Assembly: GCA_964016885.1 (NCBI GenBank)
Contig: OZ024744.1
Coordinates: forward strand, 8,246,001-8,310,000
Length of the DNA: 64,000 nucleotides
Direction of reading: 5' to 3'
Source of the DNA: Eledone cirrhosa
Taxonomy: Eukaryota
Shown here piece after piece: positions 39,526 to 51,200 of this stretch (positions are counted from its first letter, which is position 1; each line of letters opens with the position of its first letter). The notes beneath the pieces were generated by a model. The model had not been told where the DNA came from. It made no database searches and saw only the letters and a program-made list of their open reading frames with translations. The translations under genes were made by a program, and so were the position numbers.

Positions 39526-42500
39526 GTTGGTGAAGCAACGCTTCTTTTCGCCTTCAGTTTTTTTCAACGTTTTACCTGTTTTTTTCAACCGCTCTAAACC
39601 TTTTATTCAAGTAATAAATTTGATAAAAGTTTAGAAGTTTCCCACCTCATACCAGGATTCACTAGTAAATAATACGGCACTCCTTTACGGGGTGCCGTAT
39701 TATTTACTAGTGAAAAATATTTTTTGAAAACAAATTTCAACATGGATAACACGAGAAAGAGAGAGAGCGCTGTCAGACAATACAGAGAGAAGGAGACTTT
39801 ATCAGCATGTCAACAAGACAGCGTTCCAGCGGAGGTAAATATAAACGAAAATATTACAAAGAAAAAAATGATTGTTACAGATTTAAAATTAACAAATATT
39901 TGTAACACAAACAACACCAACAATAACACCAACGACACCAACAACAACACCATAAATAACAACAGCAACAACAACACCACCAACAACAACACCATCAATA
40001 ACACCAACAATAACACTAACAACAACACCAACAACACCGTCAATAACAACAGTAACAACAAAAATAACAGTGGTAAAGTCGAGAACGACAATGACAATGA
40101 CAATAACAACAGCCACAACAACAACAATGATAGTAGGAACAGTATCAACAAAAACAACAATGACAACAGCCACAACAACAACAGCAACAGTATCAACGAA
40201 AACAACAACAACAACATCAATACCAGCAACAGCGATCTCAGCACCACCAACAAGACCAGTAACAGCAGTAGCGGCAGCAATAATGGTGCCGCTGAAAAAG
40301 GGACCACTGCTTTTGCAGGTGTCGCCCGAAATATCGAGACAGTGTTAGTCACAGAGGAGGAGATGGTAGTCGCAAGGGCCATGGTGACAAGAAGCGCCAA
40401 TAGAGTCTCCCTGAAACCTCCACCCGATTTTTTCAAGGACCAGCAGCTACGGACGGTGACTTACCGCACCGTAAGCAAAATCTCACATCGGGTGGAGAGA
40501 GCCACGGAGGTTCAAATCCAAAAGGCTTGAGGTGCGTTTGGGCACGCAAAACCCACATCACCCGAGGCAGAAAGTACGCCACAGTAGATGTACTTTTCGC
40601 CACCCCCCAGGAAGCAAAGTCTCACTCTTTGGAAACCCTAAAGAGTGAGGAGATAGTGTTGGTGCCCTCCCACTGCGGGCAGAAAATTGTGAGGGTCAAA
40701 GTGACCCAGGGCCCACCCGATGTGCCCATACCTTGGCTGGCCGCGTCTGTCCTTGCTGGAATTGAGAACAGGGCGACCATACTGCAAGTAGAAAAGCTAT
40801 TGAGAGAAAACTGGTCAGGTATAGGCATGTAAATGCTTATACAAACTGACCAGGAATGTATCGACGCTATCTCCAATATCATATACATCGAGGAAGGACT
40901 CCAACTCCCTATAAGTGTAGAAGGAAGATGGCCAAAATGTTATCTCTGTGGGTTGAAGGGTCACCTCAGGGCCTTTTTCCCGCAGAAGCCAGCGAATAAG
41001 AAGGCCTCTCCTTCTAATACCTGGTCCGCTGCTACCAAGAGCAGGGCAGGTAACAAACGCAGTAGCCTCTTCCACGGTGAGTAGGAGCGCAACTTCCGTA
41101 GCACCCGTACCAAGGCCACAGATAACTAAAGCAGCATCATCAGTGGCGGCAACACCAGTAGCTACATTTGAAGTAGCTACACCAGCAACCAAATTGCCGA
41201 AGAGAGCTCCACTACCACCACCAACAGCCGTGGAGCTCATACCCCTCCCAGACGCCACAGAATCCGACATGAAGTCTGAGGCGGGAGTGAAGTGGCAAAC
41301 GGTCTGCCACAAAAAACAAAAAACAAAAAAACCCTTAGATTTACCCTCCAAAAGCGAAGGCATACAAAGAGGGGTAAAGGCAGCAAGGAAACTTGCAGCA
41401 ACACCACCGCCATAACCATCACCACCACAAGCACCACCGCCAACAACAACCACACCACCACCAGCATCACCAAAAACACCAACATCGCAAACACCACAAA
41501 ACACACACACCAAACAGCAACAAGAAGAAAGCAGCAACAAAATCAACCCTCCCCCCAAAAAGTACACAGCCATAAACATGGCAAAAAAGAACTCATACAA
41601 TATATAAAGCAGCACACAGACATCACAGAAAAAACTACTACACCCCACCAACACCAAGAACTCTCCCGACAAACATAAGCATCATTGAAATCTCAATAGA
41701 ACATTACAAACCTTTAAAACAAATATTCCCCAAAGCAGTTGGAAACTTCAGAGGGTCGGTTACCAAGAGGATATACACTGACATCCTCTTGGAAACACCC
41801 ATGACCAGCCAAAGGGACGGTTCTACTGTCCCTTCACCACACTATCAAGGTAAGTGACTCTTTCTCACTTGCCCCTTTCTCATCCAACATGGCCGTACTC
41901 AGAATAGGCAGTATAAATGTACGTGTTTTGGGGTCATCTTGGAAGCAGGGTCACCTGATCAACGACCTCAGATCACTAAACATAGATGTGGTGGCCATCA
42001 GTAAGACCAGAATCTCCGAAGCACGAGCCTTCGCACTGATCTTCGGTGGCTACGATGTATACGCATCTCCCAGCCATCCAGGATCGGGAGGAGGGGTTGC
42101 CGTCCTTTTTCGTAGACGCTTGGATCTCGCCATACGGGCCATCTTCCTAGACCCAGAAGGTAAATCGGTGGTGCTGGACGTGGCCGGCAGAGAAGGCAAT
42201 GCTTTCAGGCTAGTAGCCGTCTACGCCCCAACAGGGGCAGGACGGCCAGATTTCTTCAGACGTCTAGAGACCTTTCTTGGAACGTCCCGCTCTTTAGTGT
42301 TAGTGGGCGACTGGAACGGTATCTTGGATGCACGCTGGGATTGTGTGAGGCTAGTGGATAGGGGAGGAGGGTGCAAGAGCCTCACCAACCTGCTCAGACG
42401 TTTTGAACTGTCTGACAGGTATCGACTGGATCACCCGAATGTGCCAATGTGGGCATGGACAAACCGCATCGGGTCATCCAGATCGTATCTAGATAGGGTA

Positions 42501-43718
42501 TTCTGCAGAGAACTAGATAAGGCTAGTATAAGTTGTCCACAATTTAAAATAGTCGACTACACAGACCACAAATTTGTGATCTGTGAGATCGGCATAGACA
42601 GACTTCATAGACAAGGGCCCGGTTACTGGAAGCTGAACACGTGATCCGTGGAACGGTGCCGTTGCTGAGAAAAGACCCGAACAAGGGGGATGTTATCGAT
42701 AATTTCAGGCCCACAACCCTGCTAAACGCAGAGTTCAAGATTTTGGCCAAGGTGTTAGCAACGGGGTTGGCACTTGTCATCAAGGGTCAGCTGGGAGAGG
42801 CGCAGACATGCGCCATACGGGACAGATCCATACACGACAACCTCCACCTCATGCGATACATCATAGAGAGGGTTGTTAAGGAACCTGGAACGGGTGGGGC
42901 CCTGATCAACTTGGATCAATTCAAAGCATTCGATAGGGTCGACCATCGGTACCTGGTGGCGGTCCTTGAGGCACCGGTTTCGCGCCCGTTTTCAGGGGTT
43001 GGATCGCTGCGATGTACAGCGACATCTGCTCAGTTGTGAGGGTGAACGGTTACCTGTCACAGCCGTTCAGCATCATGCTCTCAGTCCGCCAGGGATGTCC
43101 CCTCTCGTCCCTCTTGTACTTATTGGCTCTCGAGCCGTTACCGCACAAACTGGGGGCGATGAGGGGTGTGCCACGCGAACTAGGATGAGGGATATCCGAG
43201 TCGGCTTACGCAGACGACTTCAGCGTGGTGGTGTCGAGCACCACACACGTCAAGATGCTCAGCATAGCTCTCAAGGAATACGAAGAGGTGACAGGAGCAA
43301 AGAACTCCAGGAAAAGTCGGTGGGCTTGCAGCTCGGCACCTGGAGAGGCAGGTCCATGCCTCCGACAGCGTTGTGGGGCGTTGGACGGATGGACCGGTTA
43401 AATTGCTCGGGGTCTGGTTCGGACTGGACCTCAAGCTAGAAAAAAACTGGAACGAGGTGACGAGCAATGTGGCCTCCCTCACCCAGAAATGGGCCGAGAG
43501 GAAACTGTCCCTGAAAGGCCGGGCAGAGGTGGTGAATACGTACATCGCATCCGTCATCTGCTACTATTGGGGAATTTTTCTTGTTACTTTGTTATTGTTA
43601 TTCATATTGTTCAACTTTTCGGTACCCCCCATCTGTCCCAGTCTTTTGTATTGTCTTCTATATGTCGGCCTTTGTGGCCAATAAATGAAACCATTATAAT
43701 TGTCGCTATTATTATTAT
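39526..43718 (+). mobile_element. Tx1-clade copy E (5'UTR, ORF1 from 39742, ORF2 from 41889 with large deletions at ~42641 and ~43566)
   Basis: ORF1 core nearly matches copy A (ARNIETVLVTEEEM…, CYLCGLKGHLRAF); intact APE ORF 41889-42644; YADD at ~43208; 3' end motif and ATT tail. Confidence 0.92.
39658..39714. other. Perfect 23-bp-arm palindrome/hairpin in the 5'UTR of copy E
   Basis: TTCACTAGTAAATAATACGGCAC-TCCTTTACGGG-GTGCCGTATTATTTACTAGTGAA. Confidence 0.95.
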
Positions 43719-44336
43719 CGAATCCCTAATTAACTTTTTCAAGTTTCACTTGAAGAGGAAAATCAGGGTGGAGAGGCAAGTGGGGCCTTCCAGCAAGTTT
43801 GTTGAAAGGTGGGTGAATGTAGCGAGAATGGTCCGAGTGAACGGGACCACTCTGAATATACGTCTGTAGTTTGAAAAATGGAGGAAAAATTGAGAGAGGG
43901 CGCTTGCCCTGGTAGTCAGGGTGGCCGTGGTCTTTTGTGTGGTTTTCGCCACGAGTAACCCTCACAAAACCCACCTTGTACCGTCCTGTACCGTCCTGTG
44001 CCTTCTGTAATGTTTTTCTTGATGTCAGCCCTTGTGACCTATGGACAAATTCCAGAAATCCCTGGCCTGGAAGTGCTACCGAGGAGCTTTGCAGGTTCGA
44101 GATAAACTCTACAGGCATGGAGGTGCCGTCAGCCGGGCATGTCCGAGATGCGCGCAGGGCGACGAAACCGCCCTGCACGCACTCGTCCAATGTTCGAGCA
44201 TTGCTGACTTGTGGGTTTATGTCGAACACCTGCTGTCGCGTGTAGGACGGATCCAGCTATTAGCTGAGACCATCATGATGATTTCCCCGTCCTCTTCCTT
44301 TAGGCGGGAAGGGCAGGCTGTTTTTATCTGTCTGGT
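43719..44336 (+). mobile_element. Two fused Tx1 3' fragments (43719-44036 ORF2 end + 3'UTR; 44038-44336 CCHC region)
   Basis: SLINFFKFHLKRKIRVER…IRL* followed by MDKFQKSLAWKCYRG…CPRC. Confidence 0.85.
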
Positions 44337-47300
44337 GAGTGCCTGCTCTTGCGCAGCCATTAGCATTCCTTCTGTAGCCTTTTTAAGGTCCCCTCTTTTC
44401 AACCAGTTCCATGTCTGTGGATCTCTGAATTCAGTTTTCTCAAAGAAGGTTCTATGAAGGAATTTTTCATGAAGGCTGCTCTCTCTCCTTGTTGTTATTT
44501 CCTCCTTGGACATCCCCTGGTCTATTGTCCTCTCCTTCAGTACAGTTCTGAGCGTTGGCTCCTTACTATCAGTCACGTATTTGTGTAGGTTGTTTTTCTC
44601 CATCTGAACACAGTCCTCTATGCTGATAAGACCTCTTCCACCTTCAGATCTCCTTAAGTAGAGTCTATCGACATCACTCCTCTTGTGGAACATGTTGTAG
44701 ATAGTCAATAGCTTCCTAGTCTTCCTATCCATTTCTTTTTGTTCAGCAACATTCCATCTCAGAATTCCCGCACTGTACCTAATAATATACACAGCTCGGG
44801 AATTCACTGCACTTATGGCATTCCTACTGTTCAGATGTGACTTTAATACGCTCCTTATTCTCCGAATGTATTCAGATCTTATCAATTCCTTCATTTTTTG
44901 TTCTTGATGTCATCAGCCTCCAGAACACCCAAATACTTGTATCCTTCTTCAGTGTCAATTCCCTTTATCATCTCACCTGTTGGTACCTAGATTCCGTTGC
45001 GTCTGCTCAATTTACCCTCTTCATCACAAGGACTCCACACTTACTAATACCAAATTGCATACTCCATCCATATATCATTGCTGAAAATACGGACAGTGTC
45101 AACAAGCACATCCAACTCCTTCTCACTCTTCCCGAAGAGCTTAAGATCGTCCATGAAGAGGAGGTGATTGATGGTAAGCCCTCCCTTTCCCAACTTGTAT
45201 CCTGATCTCACTTTTCGCAGTATAATTGTCAGGGGCATCAGGTCAAGGACAAACAACAGAGGGGACAGACTATCTGCCTGGAAGATACCTCTCTTGATCT
45301 TCACGCCTCCCAAGGATTCTCCATTTGATGTTAACTCTGTTTGCCAGAACTTCATACTTTTGCCCAACAACTGTTTGATGTTATCTGCCACCTTAAAGAT
45401 CTCTAGGCTTTTGTTGATCCAAGAATGAGGCACCATGTCAAATGCCTTTTTATAGTCTATCCATCCCATGGCAAGACCAGTGTGTCTCCTCTTGCAATTC
45501 CTCATTACCATCTTATCAATAAGTAACTTGTCCTTTGAACCACGGTACTTCTTTCGGCATGCTTTCTGTTCGTCCGGTAACAAGTTGTTTGTGTGGAGGT
45601 GATGGTAGATTTCCTCAGACATAATGCTTGTCAACAGTTTCCACATTACGGACAGACATGTGATAGGTCTATAGTTGGTAACATCATTACTCTTGATTCG
45701 GTCTTTCATTACCAGAACTGTGGTACCTTTTTTCAACCACTCTGGTACCTCACCTGACATCAAGCAGTTATTGAACATGGTTGTCAGTTTCGGGTGGAGG
45801 GATGTTATATTTTTAATCCAATACCCCTGCACACCATCTGGGCCTGGTGATTTCCAGTTGGTTAGTTTTTTGGCCTGCCCCTTAAGAGTTTCAACTGTGA
45901 TACTCAAATCAGTTTGTTGGTGTGCCTGTTCACTAATCTCCTTTTATAATGTCTCAATCCACAGTGCCTGGTCATTATGTTTAACATCCTGCTCCCATAT
46001 TCCTCTCCAGAATGTTTTAGTTTGTTCCGCCTCAGGTATCAAGTCGTTGCCTCTTTCTTTCCCTTCAAGCTGTCCAAACAACATCTTCTGGTTGTTGTCA
46101 AACATGCGGTTCTGTCTATACTGACTGACTCTGCTCTCGTATCGCCTAATCTTTGCACTCTTTGCTACAATGCGTTGCTTCAGTTCCTCTATGATCATAT
46201 TTAGCTTTTTCCTCCTAGTTTTGTACTTTATTTCCAGTCTATTTTTAGTGTATATGTTTTTTAGTGTCCCACTCAGTAGGGACTCAAGCTTTCCAATGTC
46301 ATTTCTTATTTCCCTGATTTGACCATTCAGTCGTTTCTTCAACCAAAGTTCTGATCTTTCTTGTTTGTTGTTTCTTCTCGCTTTTATGCCAAGTAATTTC
46401 CTCACCGCATTTGCTGTTGCTTTGAGGATATTGTTGCACTGGTGAAGGCTCCTCGCCTCAAGGTATGGGATGACTTTGTTTACCTTAGCTGTTGTTTCTT
46501 TTAACTTTTTCCTGTCTACAAATTTTAGGTTCATAGGTTTCCCACTATCATTGTTCAATTCATCTACCACTAAGTTTAGGATATCAACCAAATCTTGTCC
46601 TAGCCCGTCAGCATTCATCTCCTCAATGGCCGTATCTTTGTTCCACGTATTATTTATTTCAGCATGTGGATTGGCGGTATCGGTAGAGGGTCGGACGAGG
46701 GTCGATAGAGGGTCGGTAGAGGGTCGGACGCCATGCTTTCCAGCATAGTTACGTCCCTTTACGATCTGAGTTCAAATCCCGCCGAGGTTGACTTTGCCTT
46801 TCATCCTTACAGGGTCGATAAAATAAAAGTACCAGTAATGCACTGGGTATTTGCTGGCCTTGTGCCTAAAGTAGAAACAATTATTTATTTCAGCACTCAG
46901 ATCATTGTCTGCTTCGGATGCTTCCTCCGTTCTCTCAACCTCTTCACCTTCATTTCCCACTGGCTCGTTTGCCTGGCATACTCCACTCTCCATTTCCAAC
47001 CTAATCTCTCTGCTCAGTTCCTCCAGTTCCAGCTCGCTTATCCACCCATTAGTTCTTATTACCCGAGCCTGCCCGGCCAATTTTTGTTCATCTAATTTAA
47101 ATAGACCAATTTCGTTCTAGATGTTATGCATCCGTGTCCTATAGCCTTTCTCCTTGGGGTTACTCTTCAGGTAACATTGCATAACACTTCTATTCAATTC
47201 TTTCGTCCAGTTAGTTCTTGTCCCTTCCCTTCTTCTTCTTCCTCCAACACCAGCAGTATTTGGTTGACAGCCAGGTCCCTGCTGCTGAGCCAGGGAGCAC

Positions 47301-47445
47301 CTGCTGGGTGAGAGTCTGTCACATGACATTCCAGTCTCCACTTCACCGTTATTCGAACTGTTTAGGTTCGACATTTAAACACTCTTATCGAGGATTGGTG
47401 AATGTATGGTTACATAACCACCGGTGATTTTAGTGTGGCACTATC
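44335..47445 (-). mobile_element. Dong/R4-clade non-LTR retrotransposon, single ORF from ~47374, broken before the CCHC/RLE domain
   Basis: N-terminal WTKELN..VMQCY…GYRTRM; RT motifs NWKSPGPDG, YRPITCL, WIDYKKAFDMVPHSW, GIFQADSLSPLLF, LFMDDLKLF; ends ATEGMLMAAQEQAL. 5' boundary approximate. Confidence 0.88.
46665..46885 (+). mobile_element. SINE inserted in the Dong/R4 element with a 16-bp TSD
   Basis: TSD ATTATTTATTTCAGCA at 46649-46664 and 46880-46895; B box GAGTTCAAATCCC. Confidence 0.93.
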
Positions 47446-47738
47446 ACGCTGTAGACGAACATAAATAAACAAACAAACAAATAGGTATAAACCCCAAAAA
47501 ATAAGCATAAGTTTCATTGTAATGTAATGTTTGAATGTCTGACTTAGTTTTTTTTCTTGTCTGTCTGTCTGTTTTTCTATTCTTTTTTCTTTTCTTTACG
47601 CTTTTCGTTGCTTTTTCGGTGCTGTTTTGATTTTGATTTTTGGTTTTTTGATTTTTTGACCGGGTCATCAAATCAGTCTATTTATATCTTTTGATGCCTT
47701 CCTCATTTAGTGGGAATACTACGATGCATGTCTTAGCA

Positions 47739-47990
47739 GGAGGTAGTGGGAGAGAATAGCGGCGGTAGCGATAATAAGGCAGTGGTGGTGGTGGTGATGT
47801 GCTAGTAGTACTTAGTAGGAGGTAGTGGGAGAGACTAGCGGCGATAGCGATAATGAGGAAGTGGTGGTGATGTGATCGTAGTACTGTAATGATGGTGTTG
47901 AAGTTGAAGTAGAAATAGAAGTTGAGGTAACTTGACTAGAGTTTTTGGCGTGGTAGTGGTAATGGTGGTGGTGGTGGTGTTGGTGGTGAA
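47739..47990. repeat. ~78-bp tandem duplication and GGT-rich low complexity
   Basis: GGAGGTAGTGGGAGAGA(A/C)TAGCGGCG(G/A)TAGCGATAAT present twice. Confidence 0.75.
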
Positions 47991-48253
47991 ATTATTTGCC
48001 TGCCTGTCCACTTAGCCATTTTTCTCTTTTTTCGACTATAACATTTCTGATCCAAAATTAAGTATTAAATATCGGGGCCCTATGCCGTAATGTGATGCGT
48101 TGTCGCTTACTGAGAGTCAAAACTGTAATCTTATACTTCATTTGTAATAAGAATTATTCTATCACAGTTGTTTTAAATAAGTAAAAATCAAAAACTTACA
48201 GGAGCGATTCCATAACGATATATATCCACCATGTGCGTTTTCTTCCCGTCTTC

Positions 48254-48287
<34 letters not shown>

Positions 48288-51200
48288 GGCGACCTACGTA
48301 GTAAATCGTATTATCGTGAGCTCCGCAAAGGTTTATTTTCAGTTGTTTAAAATTGCCATTATTGGACAAATTTTATTCTTAACTGTATATAAGTGCACAC
48401 ACATTGTTTTCTGAAAAAGACACTCAAAAAGATTGGGGCCTTGAGCCCGAAATTTAAACTTTTATAATTATCAAACGAAAAAAAATTTCTTTGAAAAATC
48501 ATGGCCGACTCACAGCTGAACCCAGTAGCTGAGAGCCTTCCTCACAAACTAACACTGCACACCAACACTACCATTGTAAATATTACTACGTTTGCCAACA
48601 CTAAAAATATAAGCAGTAGCAATATTTTAAATTTGGCTCAGGCAGACTTTCATTTCCCGCCATTACCAATGACTGCAGGTGTTGAAGCCGCCACCCCCAC
48701 CACCACGACAGCGACAATAGAAACAAAAGAAAAAATAAATTATCTCGTGATATCGAAACGAATTCAGCCAAAATGAACTCTTCCACACCGAACACCACTG
48801 ACGCCACCACCACCACAACTGAAACTAAAATTAACAATAACAAAAATAACGATAACAGCAACAGCAACAATGAAATTAAGAAAACAACCCTGTCTTTTGC
48901 CAGAGTAGCAAAAAAGTGCGAAGCATTCCAGGTAACTCGGGAGGAATTAGAAGAAGCTTAATATGGTAAAGAAAGACGGGTACAGGGTCAGCCCCCCCCC
49001 TTTCCCCCACCTAATAAAATGGAGCATCGGCGCCTATGCACCGTGTCTTATCGGACGATTAACATAAAATCGCGCCGAGTTGAACGGGCATCCGAGTCCC
49101 AAATCCAAAAAGCAAAAAAAAACCACACCAGACGTGGGTAGAAATATGGAACCGTGGACGTGTTCTTTGAAACACCACAGGAGGCCAGAGAACACTCCAT
49201 GGCCCCATTAAAAAGTGACGACTTCACACTCGTCCCAAGCTATTGTTGCCAGAGGCTCTTGAAGATCAGGGTGACCCAGGTTCCACCGGCCATCGAAATT
49301 CCCTGGCTAATGGCTGCCGTCATCGCCGGCATCGAAGCCAACACCAAAATAATCGAAATAGCGAAAGAAAAGCAAGAGAACTGGTCCGGATCTGGGATGG
49401 AGCTCCTGATCCAAGCGGACCAAAAAAAGAATTGAGGAGATCCCAGAGGTAATAGACCTCACTGACGGCAGCCACCTCACCGTAATCGTCGAGGGCAGAA
49501 GGCCTAGCTGTGTCGTTTGTGGTGAAGGAACCCACCTAAGGGCTTTCTGCCCTGAGGCTAAAAGGTTGAGGCCACCTCTCTAACCCACCCAGTGACTCAA
49601 CCATCAACACCACCAGCAGCAGAAATGGCAGCAACAACTGTAGCAGCAACAACAGAAGCAACTGTAACAGCAACAACCCCAGCAACAGTAGCAAAACCAA
49701 CACAACCACCACCCAACGCGCCAGAACTAGCACCAACGCCTACACCATCCACCACGCCACAACCAAAACCAACGCCTGTGGAGGATTTTCCACTCCCCGA
49801 CCTATCGCAACTGGAGACAGATTGTCACGATGAGGAGTGGGAAACGGTATCAGAAAAAAAAGAAAAAAGTAAAAGAAACCAAAAAAGAAAAAATTCCCTT
49901 CCTTCCCCCTCCAAAAACAAAATACAGAAGGAAACAAATAAACTACCAAACAAAAAAGTTAGGACAGCTATGCCACCTTCCACACCAGCATCACCAACGC
50001 CATCACCACAAACACCAACACCATCACCATCATTAATCCCAACATCACCATCACCATCACCAACACCACAAAAGTCACCAAAAATCGAAACAGAAACAAA
50101 CCCACAACAAACGCAAACAAAACAAAACAATCAAAAAGATACACACTACACAGCATTACATTTGAACAACAACCAATTATTACACTACAACCAACACAAC
50201 ACCAGCATCACAGAAAAAGACGACACAACAACCCAAAAGTTCACACCACCTCCGCACATACAAATCACTCGCATCACACAGAAAACGTACACGACACTAA
50301 AACAAAAATTCCCCAAAGACATCGGAGACTTCCGACAAGCACTCTCCAGGAGGATTTATAAGGACATCCTTCCGGAGGAGGCCAGAAGCAGTAAAAAAGA
50401 TGGAGAAACCATCCTTCCTCTAAGAGAAGTAAGGTAAGTGGTCTTTCCCATCTTTTCCACTCCATTTAAACATCACCTCACTCAGAATAGGCAGCATAAA
50501 TGCGCGTGGCTTAGGGGTCGTCATGGAAGCAGGGTCACCTGCTCAACGACCTCAGGTCACTAAACATAGATGTAGTGGCCATCAGCGAGACCAGAATCTC
50601 CGAAGCACAGGCCTTCGCACCGATCTTCGGGGGCTACGATGTGTACGCATCTCCCAGCCGTCCTGGATCGGGAGGGGGGGGGGGGGGGGATTGCTGTGTT
50701 TTTCGAAGTGGTTTGGATCTTGCCATACGGGCCATCTTCCTGGACCCGGAAGGTAAGTTGGTGGTGCTGGACGTGACCAGCGGAGACGGGCAAGCTTTCT
50801 GGCTAGTGGCCGTCTATGCCCCGACAGAAGCAGGGCGGCCTGATTTTTTCCGGCGTCTGGAGACCTTTCTTGGAACGTCCCGCTCTTTAGTGTTAGTGGG
50901 CGACTGGAACGGAATCTTAGATGCACGCTGGGATTATGTGGGAATAGCGGATAGGGGACGAGGGTGCAAGAGCCTCACCCACCTGCTCAGGCGTTTTGAA
51001 CTGTCTGACAGGTACCGATTGGATTTCTCGAATGTGTCAATGTGGACTTGGACAAATCGCATAGAGTCATCCAGATCATATCTAGATAGAGTATTTTGTA
51101 GGGAAATAGATAGGTCTAGCATAGGCTGTCCACAATTCAAGATGGTCTGCTACGCGGACCACAAATTTGTGATCTGTGTGCTTGACTTAGATAGGTGTCA

